Below, piece by piece: positions 12,006 to 25,528 of a DNA stretch of 64,000 bases (positions are counted from its first letter, which is position 1; each line of letters opens with the position of its first letter). This stretch comes from Mobula hypostoma (taxonomy: Eukaryota), in the NCBI RefSeq assembly GCF_963921235.1, contig NC_086097.1, positions 134,418,001 through 134,482,000 of the forward strand, given 5' to 3'. A program made the position numbers and the translations under genes. The notes beneath the pieces were generated by a model. It was not told the origin of the DNA, did not search any database, and worked only from the letters and a program-made list of their open reading frames with translations.

Positions 12006-14539
12006 TTGCTGTGCCATTCATGAAGACCCTGGGTATCTTTTACCACAGCACTACCTGCTAAGCCTTGATCCCCTAACATAGAGAGATCTATCAAACTCCA
12101 TTAGAATATCAATGACTGTGCCTTTATAGTCTTGAATAAAGAAATGTCTACTCATTTTAAATTCTGATACTGTAACCCTTATAATTCCTCCCTGCATCCA
12201 TCCTTGCAGGCCCTGTTTGAACATTGTAAACATCAATGAGATCAGTTTTCATTTATTCAAACCTGGAGGTGACAAGATTAATAGACAATCCCTATTCATA
12301 CAGTAAACCCATCATCTCAGAAACTACTTGAGTAAATATTTTTACTATTTTAACTGTATACTTTTTTTAGATAAGGAAGCAAAAACTTCACAATATTCCA
12401 GCTGTGGTCTCTCCATGTCCCTGTATAACTGTAGTATGAAAAACTGGGAAATTACTTTTTTAACCTCCTTGAGCAGTGAAAACTAATCCAGGCCAAAACC
12501 TTGAAGCTGGTCGTTGTGAGTGATACAGTGATTCTGCTAACTGAAACTAGTTTGGATTCAAGTTTAGCAATCTTTTTGCCCTTATTTTACAGGAAAGGAA
12601 ACTGGATTATTCAGCTTATGTGTGCTGAAACTACACTGGATGGATGGCAAACTGCTTATGCAAGAGCAACTGGGTTACAGCCTACTTCACAGTCACTCTG
12701 CTGAGAACTTCAATCCATTATTTTCAGGCTGTGGACCAGTGGCTCTGACTGGATATAGACCAGGAGGTTGTATTACATGACCTAAGGTCTCCCACTGTAC
12801 ATACATCAATGTAATGCCCTACCTGTGTAGAACCAACTAAGTGCAAATGGTCCAATTCAGTATCTAATTGGATGATTTTTACCTCAAGCCAAGCACCTTA
12901 GCCTCTCAGCTCTTATTTAAAAAAACCATTAAGCAAAGTTGTTTAAAAGCTATTTTTCAAAAAACATAGTTTTTTTAAATCAAAAGAGAGGATACTGGAA
13001 ATACACAACTTGTCAAGCATTATCTGTGAATAAACAACTTGAGACAATGTTTCAGGTCATTAAGCTTTTATGAGAAGAGATTTCCATTTCACTATCCAGT
13101 GAAGCTGCCTAACCTACTGAGTGCTTCAGATAACCTCTGTTTAATTTTTAGATTTCCAACATCTGCAAGATTTTTCCTTCAGATTACAGTTCTCTTTAAA
13201 TAATTGCTGTATTTGTCAACTGCACACTGGACTTTAGTTAGCAAGGCAGATATTCCTGAACCACTGGCATCATGGGGGGGGATGGAGGTGGCTCAATTGG
13301 GGGGAGAGGGATAATGGAACAAGTCATGATAATGATGTTCAGTTCATCCTGCTTCACCACTTACACCAAGATCTGTTAAGGTTTGATATGGCCAGCGAAA
13401 TATATTCAAGTACTAGTCCAGAGACTTGAAATCTTAACTGACACTTGAGTGCAGCATTGAGCAACCACTTCAAGGATGAGAGTGAAATCTTTTGGCTAAG
13501 ATGCTGAACTGAGGCAGAGATGAAATAAATGCCAGAGCAAAGAAGGAGCTGAGGTAAATTTTTGATGTCTTGGGTTGGGTGAACATTCACCTCCTAGCCA
13601 AATGATGAGCAGGAGCCTCCTGTGATCTAATTTCACACTGTGTTCTCTCCAATATAACAGTGCTACTCTGCCTGTAAAATGCTTTGTGATGACTGGAACC
13701 TGTGAAAGCATTGAATATTATTAAATACTTTGATAATAAATTTACTTTGATCTTTGAACACGGGCCAATGGGACTGGCTGAGATAGGTATCCTGGTCAGC
13801 ACAAATGAGTTGGCCTGTTTCCGTGCTGTGAAGTTCGGATAACTGGTGTTTGGCAGAACAGATGGATGTGCTGAAGAAATGCAGAATTTACATTAACCCA
13901 GCAGCACAAAGATACACACTAAGAACTGTGCTTGCCAATATAATGAACTGATAAACCAGGCTTTGGGACTACTCCGGAGTTCAGATCTGAGGACTCAATT
14001 TTGGTTTGGAATGCTGTTGTTGTTCGCTTCAATTGCTTGCCTGATTTTTTTTTTCTTTCTGTTGTGCATCGAGTGTTGGCCTTTTATTTTTCATTTCTAT
14101 TCTATTTTTCTTTAATTGGGTTCTTTCGGGTTTCTTGCTTTGTGGCTACTTGTCAGCAAGCAAATCTCAAGGTTGTACAATTTATACATTCTTTGATAAT
14201 AAATGATTCTTGAAACTTGAAACATAGCTCAGGAAATATCACTGGAAATTATACTGTGTCATTGAACAACCTGTTGCAGTTTTGCAATGTTACAAACCAA
14301 ACAGCATTAGATGTTTGCATGTAGCTGAAAAGCTGAGCAGGTACAACCCGACTCCGGGAACACAGGAGCAGGAGTAGACCACTCGGCCCTACAAGCCTAT
14401 CCCACCATTCAATGTTATCATGGCTGATATGCCCCAGTACTGACCTCCTCATCTGTGCCATTTCCCCAGAGTCTTCTACAATTACATCCCCCCCTCACCA
14501 ATATATCTAATGATATATTTAAGGATATAAGAAAGCGTG

Positions 14540-15215
14540 GCCGTGACACTACTTGCTTTGGAGATTGCAAAGATTCAGCATGTCATCAAAAATTTTGACA
14601 AACATCTTGTTGCATCACAGCCTAGTATGGAAACACCAATGCCCTTGAATGGAAAATCCTACAAAAAGTAGTGTATATGCCCAGCCCATCTCAGGAAAAC
14701 CATCTTCCACCGCGCCCCCCCCCCCCCCATTGAGCACATCTACACAGAGTGCTGTCACAGGAAAGTAGGACCCCCACCACCCAGGACATACTCTCTTCTC
14801 GCTGTTGAAATCGGGAAGAAGATAAAGGACCCATAGGACCTACAATACCAGGTTCAGGAAGTTATTACCCTTCAACCATTAGGTTTTGAACCAGTGGGGA
14901 TAACTTCACTAAACTTCACTCACCCCATCACTAAACTGTTCCAAAAATCTATGGACTCATTTTCAAGGACTCTTCATCTCATGTTCTTGATATTTATTGC
15001 TTATTTATTAATTATTATTTCTTTTTTTCTTTTGTATTTGCACAATTTGTTGTCTTTTGCACAGTAGTTGTTCGTCTATCCTGTTGGGTACAGTCTTTCA
15101 TTGAGTTTGTCACGTTTCTTGGATTTGAATATTTCTGCAAGAAAATTAATCTGAGGATTGTATATGGTGACGTATATGTACTTTGACAATAAATTAATTT
15201 TGAATTTGCACTTTG
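14540..15215 (+). mobile_element. Rex1/Babar LINE 3' fragment
   Basis: Decayed C-terminal region (tatggaaacaccaatgcc, ggacccccaccacccaggacat) and 3' UTR ending aataaattaattttgaa; same family as 17618-18355. Confidence 0.75.
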
Positions 15216-15850
15216 AGATAATTGAAATACTTCCCTTCTTCTAGCTAGTCTGTAGTCAGTGTATAATCAAGGGAGATGTGAAAACTAAGTGGGATTCCAT
15301 ACCCTCACAAAGACAAAAAAATGAGCTACACCTGAAACAAGGTGTCATATAACTTTTTCCAGGAATACCATAATTAGGATTGTGCACAGGAAAATACTCC
15401 AATATTTGCTTTATGTTACGGTGCCCATGTTGCTTTTCAACAGGGTTTGTGTTCCTGCAGAGTATCATTTAATGAGGATATGAAAATCGCTGAAGAATTG
15501 GTTTGTGTACTAAAATCTGGGTATATAAATGGGTTACACCTCCATTAAGTTTATTACAGGATTACCCATGCTCCTGTCACAGGCTGCTACAGAACAATTT
15601 CAGTATTAATACATTACTCTAGATTTAAAAGGAGGATTTTCCTATCAGCTATTTTCTCTTTACATATAAATCATACGCATAGTGTATATACCACAAATCA
15701 TTTATTATGCCAATAACTTTGCACTGAAGCAATTAGCAGTCTGACTGTGCAGAAAACGCTCTTTTTTTCTTCCAGGGTAGGTCACAATTATAATTTTACA
15801 TTTTTTCGATGATAAGTATTAGCCTAAAGAAGTGGATGACTTGAACTGAC

Positions 15851-15934
15851 CTGTGTGCTGTCGCCGGTGTTTGGTGAGAGCATGGCGAGTTCCACCGGCA
15901 AATCTGCAGAGGTCACACAGAAATGACTTCTCCC
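15851..15934 (-). CDS. ZNF407: ZNF407 internal coding exon (84 nt, phase 1 to 1): (G)EKSFLCDLCRFAGGTRHALTKHRRQHT(G)
   Basis: Acceptor ttattactgcaacAG, donor GTcagt; exactly one C2H2 finger; in frame with both neighbouring exons; peptide recognised as ZNF407. Confidence 0.93.
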
Positions 15935-17617
15935 CTGTTGCAGTAATAAACAGATAAGAAGAGCGTGGAGGTCACAGATCATTAAAACATATCTATCAAG
16001 ACTCTCAGGGTTGCTAATTCCTCCAATCAAATGTTTCCATGTAAATATGTCAAATGGGAATGAAATTACCACTGCAGTTTATTGACTGAGATAAAATCTG
16101 AAAAGCACCACTGAACATAATTACATACTTGTCAGACCCATAAAAATTAGCTTTAATATCAATGGAATGGTTTTGTACAACTTCATTTCAGCTAGATGTC
16201 TTCCAGATGGGGCTGCTTTATGCACTTGAACAATTTTTATGTGCATCCTGCCTCTTTACCCCTTAATTCCCACAGACCCAGTCACTCAATGTTGATTTGC
16301 CCATTTACAATGGCAGCTGGAAGTCACTAAAAGGTTCCTTGAGCACCAGCTATTGGATGCACAACCTCACTGGAACAATGCTTTAACTTAACTAGACACA
16401 TAGATATATCTCAGTAGGTCAATATAAAAGGAGTTAACTTTTGTGAAGTCACAATCTAAAATTGGAATGAGTGTTGTACCTTTAATGCATTAATAACATG
16501 ATGCAACAAGAGACTGCATATCAAAAGCACTTATCAATATTATCCATTGATCTATAAATCGAATTGTCTTCTCTTCGTAATAGGAGCAGGTAACAGATAC
16601 AGCATTCGAAACTCTTGCTGTTCTCCAATATTTGTTTTTTTTTAACTATGCTAATGACATTAAGTTCATTTCAAACATAATAGAAATAACAGATTGACAA
16701 ATTCAGGCAGTTTCCTTCTAACCAACACCTTGGATAGTTTTCAAATGTTAAAAATTCTCAAAATCATCAAACCAGTGAAAGGAGAACAATTCAAGTTTTT
16801 TTTGGCAAATGGTGTGAATTAATCTCAAAATAAAATTCCTTCATTTCCAATGCTTAAAACAATGATTGACAGAATCCCTGAATAAAACACAATAGCTGCA
16901 AGATTTCAATCAATTTCTGCAAGAGCCTACTAACCAGCACTTTCCTTTTCCAAGTGGGGAAGTTGAAAAGAACGTGCCATTTATGCACATTTCTGGCAAA
17001 AACGTTTCAGCTCCAGTAAGGTTAAAACAAGAAAATGCTTTTATATTTCTGAGAATAATTTAAATTTAAAATGTTATTTTTATGTTGTTGTATTCATTGA
17101 ACTTGATGCAATATTATCTCCCAGCAACACAGAATTGGTCTATTTTCTGTTTGCAAAATTCTGTAACGCAAGCAGAAAATGATTGCAAACAAAAGACAAG
17201 GTTTAGATAGGCAAACACATGTAAAAATGCAGTAAGTTAACAAGTCTTTCCAATAAGTCTGCACTCACTGTCGTATTATAGTTATCAATCCAGCAAGAGC
17301 ATGCACATGTTTGCAGAACATTCACTATCTCACATCACACCCAATATCACCCCCCACCCCCCATCCTCTCAACAGCATACATTAGCTGATGTCTCTGAAT
17401 TCCTCCAGTTCTGGGACCACGTTGATTCCTGATTTCCATTAATCCTCCATTACCAGCCATAACTTCAATTATCCCAGATTTAAGCAACAGAATCCTTCTT
17501 CACAACTTTCCACCTTCCTTGCTTTAAAAAAATTCTTTATAATGAATCCCTTAAACCACCTGCCCTAACATCTTCTTCTATAATTCTGCACCCTGTTTTA
17601 TTTGAACATGCTCCTGT

Positions 17618-18355
17618 CAGCAAGACCAAGGAACTATTTAGACTTCAAGAGAGGGAAAACAGAGGTCCATGAGCCGTCCTCATCAGAGGATCAGAGGTGG
17701 AGAGGGTAGTAACTTTAAATTGTTGGATGTTACTATTTCAGAGGACCAGTCCTTAGGAGTCTGCGCAGATTCAACATGAGATCTAAAACGTTGACAAACT
17801 TCTATTGACTGGCTGTATTACAGCCTGGTATGGAAACACCAATGCATTTGAATGGAAAATCCTACAAAATCTAGTGGATTCGGTCCAGTACATCACAGGT
17901 AAAACTCTCCCAACCATTGAGCACATCTACCTAAAACACTGTCGTAGGAAAGCAGCCTGCATCATTAGAGATCCCCCATCACTCAAGTCATGCTCTCTTC
18001 GCACTGCTGCCATCAGAGACAATGTACAAGACCCTCAGGACACGCACCACCAGGTTCAAGAATAGTTACTACCTCTCAACCGTCAAGATCTTAAATAAAA
18101 CGGGATAACTACACTCACTTGCCCCATCATTGAAGTGTTCCCACAACCAATGATCTGACTTTTAAGAACTCTTTATTTCATGTGCTCGGTTATTTATTGC
18201 TATTTAATTATATTTGCATTTGCTCAGTTTGTTGGTTTGAACTCTGGCTGATCTTTCATTGCTCCTGTTATAGTTACTATTCTATAGATTTGCTGAGTAT
18301 GCCCACAAGAAAATGAATCTCAGGTGTATATGTACTTTGAACTATTTGAACTTTG
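17618..18355 (+). mobile_element. Rex1/Babar LINE 3' fragment
   Basis: TGCITAWYGN..LQNLVDSVQYITG..LPTIEHIY..CRRKAACIIRDP in ORF 17805-18065; tail ctttgaactatttgaacttt. Confidence 0.8.
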
Positions 18356-19350
18356 TGAAGTGCTTAGGACATTTGACTATTGCCTTTTGTAAATGCAGAT
18401 CATTTTCTATGCTATTTATTCATTTAGTTCCTCCTGTAAGTCCTAAAAAAAGATCATAGTTCTACAATGAACACATCAGAAGTTGTTATCAGGGTTTGTT
18501 TTAGTAACTTGAAGGCATGTTGCAGCCTTTTGGGCTTACTATAGCAGATTCTACAACTTCAGATGGGTTAATTTTCTGTCTTTATCAGTCAACCATCTAT
18601 AATATATGATCAGTTTGTTTCTTTATCCATCTTTTCCTTGTTCTGAAGGAGTGGGGGACATGTCCAGTTTGACCTGCCAGACATGTAGTCCTGCTTTGTA
18701 TTTTGCAAATCCACACACTTGTTCTTGATTTGCTGCCATTCACTTATTGACCAGATGACCTTGCTTACAGCTCATCTCCATGGTCATCACAGTTTCACCC
18801 TATCGGGGACATTCCATTCCCTCACCATCTCCAAAGTTTAACAGGTTTTTATTTGTTTCTTTCCAAGTTCTGACAAAGGGGCTTCAACCTAAAACATTGG
18901 CTCTGTTTTCCTTCACTCAAATGTAGTCATTATGTATAATTGTTAATCATGCAATTAATAACACATGGAATTCCTACGCCATCATCATCGAATACCAAAT
19001 CCATCACCCACAAAATGAGTGAAAATAAATTCTTTCTCAGCCTTCCCAGATAAATGATAAAAAATAATAAGTAAATGGAAGTGATTATCAGGGAGTAATC
19101 TAATTTCAGGCTTCAGAACACCATCATTTATGGGAATGATGTGAACCCTTTGATCAATATTACTAAGAATAATTCCTGGGTGTCTATTATTTGCTATTTA
19201 AATCAATTTACTGAATAAAAAATATTGAGAGGTTATTTTCATTTCAACTGATTGGTTGTTGACCACACGGTACAATTTTATCAACACAAATGACAAAGGC
19301 TGGACTGTACTGAGGGAAATAATCGTTATCGGCAACAGTCCAGTTTCATT

Positions 19351-19410
19351 CAACACACATCAAAGTTACTGCTGAACGCAGCAGGCCAGGCACCATCTCT
19401 AGGAAAAGGT
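19351..19410 (-). mobile_element. 60-bp Penelope-derived insert matching the sequence 3' of the hammerhead cleavage site
   Basis: 16-bp direct repeat ACAGTCCAGTTTCATT at 19335-19350 and 19411-19426; the insert is the reverse complement of the segment following GAAACGTC at 48785-48851. Confidence 0.85.
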
Positions 19411-19836
19411 ACAGTCCAGTTTCATTGTCGGTTTTCCTGATCTGCTCATAGAACAAAAATCTATTGGACTAATTAAACAATTCTATAATGCAAGTTTAAT
19501 AAATAATTTAGATATACTTCTCTCTGATTTTAGGTTTTAATGCATCTTACTATTAATCATTTCAGCTCTTCAGGATTGTTTCCAGACTAACATCATTCAA
19601 TATTATTCAAAGAATAAACTTGAACAGGGTTTCAATGTTATTAACCATAAATAACTTGTCTTAAATGGAATGCCAAAGGTTACATCACTCTTATAAAAAT
19701 CTGGCCTGTTTAATCTGCATTTATTGCAGCTCTTCATGCATCTTGTGGTGAAAGGACTATTGACCAATCTACTCTTTCACCTTCTTCACTCTGGAGACAA
19801 GGAGAGCAAACTAATCTCTTAACAATCACCAAATTT

Positions 19837-21705
19837 TCAGAAACAGAATCAAGTTCAATATCACTAACCTATGTTGTGAAATTTGTTGTTTTGTGACAAC
19901 ATACATTGTAATACATAATAATAAAAGCTATAAATTACAATAAGTATATATAAAAATAAATTAAATAATTAGTGCAAAAAGAGAGGGAAAAATACTGAGG
20001 TAATGATTCATGGGTTCATTATCTATTCAGAAAGCTGATGGTAGAGGGGAATAAGCTGTTTTTAAAATGTTGTGTGTGTGTCTTCAGGCTCCTGTAGCTC
20101 CTTCCTGGTGGTAACATTGAGAAGAGATCATGTCCTGGGTAGTGGGGGTACTTAATAATGGATGCTACCTTTTCGAAGCATCGTCTTTTGAAGACATTCT
20201 GGATGCTGAGGAGGCTAGTGCCCACAATGGAATCTGCAGAGTCTGCAATCCTTTGCAGCTTTTTCTGATCCTGTGCAGTGGTCCCTCCGTAACAGATGAT
20301 GATGCAATCAGTTAGAATGTTCTTCACTTATCTGTAGAAACTAACAACTGTCTTTGGTGTTATACCAATTCTTCTCAAACTCCTAATGAAATATAGCGGC
20401 TGACGTGCCTTTTTTGTAATTGTATCAGTACGTCGGGCCCAGGATAGGTCTTCAGAGATGTTGACATCCGGGAACTTGAAACCGTTTACTCTTTCCACTT
20501 CTGATCCCTTAACTTACCCTTCCTGAGGTCCACAATCAATTCCTTGGTCTTACTGATGTTGAGTGCAAGGTTGTTGTGATACCAATCAGCCAGATAATCT
20601 ATCTCCTTCCTGTTTGTCTTCTCATCGCCATCTAGAATTCTGCCAACAATAGTTGTGTCATCGATTAATTTATAGATGCCGTTTGTGCATGCCTACCCAC
20701 ACAGTCATGGGCGTAGACAGAGTGGAGCAGTGGGCTTAGTATGCATCCTTGAGGTGTGTCCGTGTTGCTTGTCAGTGAGAAGATGTTATTTCTGATCCAC
20801 ACAGACTGCGGTCTCCCAGTGAGGAAGCCAACGATCCAGCTGCAAAGGGAGGTACAGAGGCCCAGGTTTGGAAGCTTGTTGATTAGAACTGAGGGTATGA
20901 TTGTGTCAAATGCTCAGCTATAATCAATAAACACTAATTTTCATAGATACACCATAGAAAGCATTCTTCTAGGGTGCATCACAACCTGATATGGAAGTTG
21001 TCCAGTCAAAGACCGGAAGAAGCTGCAGAAGGTCGTGAACACAGCCCAGCACATCACACAAACCAATCTTCCGTCCTTGGACTCACTTTACACCGCATGC
21101 TGTCAGAGCAGTGCTGCCAGGATAATCAAGGACACGACCCACCCAGCCAACACACTTTTCGTCCCTCTTCCCTCCAAGAGAAGGCTCAGGAGCTTGAAGA
21201 CTCGTACGGCCAGATTTGGGAAGAGCTTCTTTCCAACTGTGATAAGACTGCTGAACGGATCCTGACCTGGATTTGGGCCGTACCCTCCAAATATCCGGAC
21301 CTGCCGCTCGTTTTTTTTGCACTATCTTACTTTCCCTTCTCTATTTATGATTTATAATTTAAATTTTTAATATTTACTATCGATTTGTACTCCAGGGAAC
21401 GCAAAGCACAGAATCAAATAACGCTGTGATGATTGTGCACTCTAGTATCAATTGTTTGACGACAATAAAGTAAAGTAAACAGCAGCCTGAGGTATTGCCA
21501 ACTGGAGAGTTAATGAGATTGCATCTGCTGTAGAACTATTGCAGTGATAGGCAAAGTGCAGTGAGTCTAGATCCTGGCTTAGGCACGAGTTGATTCTAGC
21601 CATGACCAACCTCACAAAGCACTTCATCACGGCAGATGTGAGTGGCACAGGATTACAGTCATTGAGGCAGCTCACTATGCTCTTCCTGGGCACTAGTATG
21701 ATTTC
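19837..21705 (-). mobile_element. Rex1/Babar LINE (RT and 3' end), interrupted at 20934-21475
   Basis: ORF 21448-21744 (PVPLTSAVMKCFVRLVMARINSCL) and ORF 20019-20327 (C-terminal region) are collinear; tail at about 19837. Confidence 0.8.
20934..21475 (+). mobile_element. Younger Rex1/Babar 3' fragment nested in an older copy
   Basis: IIKDTTHPANTLFVPLPSKRRLRSL..SFFPTVIRLLN; tail AATAAAGTAAAG; apparent 6-bp TSD TAAACA at 20928-20933 and 21476-21481. Confidence 0.8.
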
Positions 21706-23394
21706 TCTGAGATCTGTCTGGAAGTCACAGTTCGAAGTGGTCAAACTGTACTAGCTCACCTGCAAATCTCAGGTGATATTTTAAGTCCTTAGTTTACTGA
21801 GGAATCAGGAGTCGTGTAATAACAGTAGTGACTATTTTTAAGAGTTAAAATTGGATTAAAATAAGTGCTTTCTTATGGAATGCTTTTATATTAATGCAAT
21901 ACAAACTATAAGCACTCTCCTCTCAAACATTTTCTAATTTAGAATTAAAATGTACAGTGACGTGGAAACAAATCCTTTATTTTCTATTAGGAAATAGACA
22001 CTGTCCCCCATCTGTCATTATGGCGCAGACTACAAAATCTAACAACGAGAATCCATAATATTGATTGGACCAAGTCTCCACAATTATTCTTTAAAAGGAA
22101 ACACTGACGATAAATTACATCTCCACAGGCTTTTCATCTGGTGTTCAATGTAAGTGATCTCAGAGGACATTCTTGAGATCTGAAATCGTCAACACCCTTT
22201 TCAATGAAGCTAAGGAGGTTTTAGCTTCCCAGACACAAAGCCAAAGAAACTCACATTACCTTTGCTATAAGCACATTCACCATTCAAGAACTATGAAATT
22301 CTAGCTCTTGCTACAAAATACACGTCACATACTCTATTACTATTCCCCAGTTAAAATTTGGTTAGAAAGGACTGAACACAGCTGATATCCCTGCATGCGC
22401 CCCATGTGACAGTCATTCTTGCTGGTCCTTTGAAGCCTCCAGTGAGGTGGCAAGGTTGGGATGGTCACCTGGCTCCTGCACTGGAACTACCCGACAGCAA
22501 ACAAAGCTGAAACTCTGCTTAGTCATCTGTCAAACTAAGCAAAAATGTTAAATTTTTAATGTGTCTGGTAGTCAGAAACATCAAAAATCTATTAAAATTT
22601 AAAAAAACATTTAAGTGATTTAAAACTTTAAAAATGAAAACAATAAACAAAACATAAAGTATCTACTTAATGATAAACAAAAGTAAAATTAAAATAAAAA
22701 CTTAACCTACGTAACATGGACCTTGTTATTTCTTTCTGTTTTGCACTATTTATTTTGTAATTTATAATAATGTCTTTGCACTGTACTGCTACTGCAAAAT
22801 AAACAAATTTCACATCATCTAAGTCAGTGATTATAAATTAAATTCTCATTTCAATGAAGGGGTTTTAAAACTATGGGGTCTCTTAATCGTTTCCCCAATG
22901 TAAAAGCAGAGGTGATCCCAGTAACTTTAGCAAGACTGCTCCTAAACCATTCCCTCAAGTAGAGTCCAGTGTTGGAGCACTGTGATAAATGTAAAACCTG
23001 TGAACATCTGTCTTCTATGGGTGGTGGGCATAAGTTAGAAGTTTGATAAAGTTTAAACTGAATACAGGGTATTCTAATTAGAAACAATGATCTCAGCCAG
23101 TGAGCTTCAATTCGACATACCATGAACCAGGACATTGCTTAATCATTTTCCAGCTTGATTACTTGCTCTGCGTTGTCCTGTGATTACTTGCACTGCTTGG
23201 GAGGTTGGGGCCAGCACTTAATATAATGTACAATGCTGTGCATATTTAAAGAACATTCTCCATTTTTATTATTGACCATACAGCTGAAATCACGGTTGTT
23301 AGTGGTGGAGCAGTTAAATTCAGCAACAATCAAAATAAGCGTGGTTATCTCAGAGCAGTTGAAGCTGGAGTTTGCAGGGATTTAAAAGCATTAA

Positions 23395-23895
23395 CCGTAC
23401 TTGGAATACTGTTTACAGTTTTGGTCATCCTGATACAGGAAAGAGTGCAGGATGATTTTACGAGGATATTGGCCCATGCTATAGGGAGAAGTTGGCCAGG
23501 TTAGGTCTTTATTCCTTGCAACATTGGAGAATGAGGGGTGACCTTATAGAAGTGTTTCAAATTATGAAAAGCATAGATAAACTTGGTAGTAGCAGTCTTT
23601 TCTCCTGAGTAGGGCTGTCCAAAACCAGGAGGGGTCAGGGTGAGAGAGGAAAGATTTAAGATGGGCCTGAAAGGTATTTATTTATCAGAAGGCAATACGT
23701 ATATGAAATAGGCTGCCAGAAGAAGTGGTTAAAACAGTATGATTTATGAAGCACATAAATAGGCAGATGGAGGAGTAGGACTCAGAGGGATAATGGCTGA
23801 ATACAGGAAATTGGTACTAGCTGGGTGGAATCCTTGCTCAACATGGACAGTTGAGCCAGCAGGCCAGCATCCATGTTCTTTTGCTCTATGTCTCA
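23395..23895 (+). mobile_element. Old CR1 3' fragment
   Basis: cacttggaatactgt-like start, gaatgaggggtgaccttatagaag (RMRGDLIE), tail tgctctatg. Confidence 0.65.
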
Positions 23896-24518
23896 GAACT
23901 TAAAGTTGAGGTGTTGCTGATGGTAGCAAGTAAAATACCTATGTATTCAAAAATGCTTTCTGCACATTAAGATGATATGATGACCTGATTTTATTGTCAT
24001 CTTTGAGCAAATACGCTTTCCACCAACCGCAAAAACTACACAAAGATCTAGTAATCTTTAAGGCTGGCAGCACCATGGAAAACAAATTGTTGTTTTGTGT
24101 TATCACTTCTAGGGAAGTGTCAAATTAACATCATTCTATCAATTACACTGAACAGCAAACCACATTAAAGAATTGTTGCAGACTACAAATCCGGAAGGCA
24201 AAAACGGTCATAATTTTAAACTTAACTAAATACTTTAGAAAAATGTGAAATGCATTATTAACATAGATATTCAAATATCATAAATGCATTGTAATTTTTA
24301 AGGGCAAGTTTTCCAAACAGTAATTATGATTTAGTATGTCCATTACAGCACTCTGCAACATTTAAGGTACGAGTAAAGCTAGTTTGTACGTTGGATTTCT
24401 CCCGAGTCCTTTAGAGAAGGCTGTAAAGGATGCATCCCGTGTACAGCAACTTTGAGATTTCTGTGTTGTAAAAGGTACATAAGAAATCCTACAATTGTTG
24501 GGTTTTTTTAGTGCGATA

Positions 24519-25528
24519 CACTCAGACCCCTCGTAACACTACCCCGCATAGTGCTGATTCATTACAACGCAGTTATTCAATTCTTTATTGAATTATTTTT
24601 AATTACAAAACTTCTTTCTAAGCAACACTTAAAACTTCTCAAGTGTGGCCGCCATTACAGTAAACATTCAATCAGCCACAGAGAGCGCTTTACATACGCT
24701 CTGAGCCACTCACAGCCAATCACGTATTAGTTCATGCTCTGCCACATGTGTAAACATTTTTGCTCCCTCACCAATTTATTCCTTTTTTTCACCCATAACA
24801 TCTGGAAAACGGCCTGCAACGTCCAGTGACGGTAGTGTATCCAAGATGTCTAGAAAAAGTATTAGCAAGTGAAACTGAAAGTGATACGGCATGAGGATGT
24901 TAATGATGGCGATGTTGAAGAGTTACTGCATTCTCATTCTGAGAGCCTAGTAACAAAGAGCTTTGAGAATTGGCAGAGCAACACATCTTGGGTGAATCTG
25001 AAGACATGTATGGAGAAGAGAAAACACCAGCAAGAAACCTCACCGCAAAACTCCTCGGCACTAGCACCATCACGATCACACATATCATGGACCAGTTCAC
25101 TGATAATGACCTTGACTAGGAGCAAAGCAAAAAGGCAAGGAGGGGCGTTCTTGACATGATTTCCTGCTAGTGAGAACTGCAGCATGAGAGAAAACTTAAG
25201 AAAAGGCAGTCAAATCTCGACACCAACTTGGAGAAGAAGCCAACGTTAGAGGCGGACTCACAGCCTGGTCCCTCCTCTAAGATGTAACCACCACCTGATT
25301 CCCTCCGCTGCCGCTGCACTGAAGTATGGGTTAGGTCTATTTGCGTGTTTGTTACTCCACAAATTACTGTGTATACATAAAATAAAATATCATACATCTT
25401 GGGTTTGAATTTTTTAAAATCAGGCATAGAGGTCTATTTAAGTAATATTATAATAACTCTGCATAGTGCTGGTTTACATTGTGCTCCACCTCTGAGGAAG
25501 GCAACTCAGCGTTAAGGGTGTCTGACTG
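24519..25528 (+). mobile_element. Tigger/pogo-type internal-deletion derivative
   Basis: TA-flanked TIRs CACTCAGACCCC..TAAC / GTTAAGGGTGTCTGACTG; an N-terminal SRKSIS..KLKVI piece is fused directly to a Tigger-like C-terminal EDV..GDVEELLHSHSESL piece. Confidence 0.7.

Noticed and set aside
13030..13170. Further Penelope terminal-repeat remnants (also about 18850-18910, 42400-42520, 43910-43980, 55840-55975)
   Set aside because: Probably the same families, but the hammerhead cores are destroyed and no TSD is discernible, so I did not use them as TSD or ribozyme evidence.
13340..13700. Possible ancient DeuSINE-like element
   Set aside because: Only patchy resemblance; too degenerate to call without alignment.
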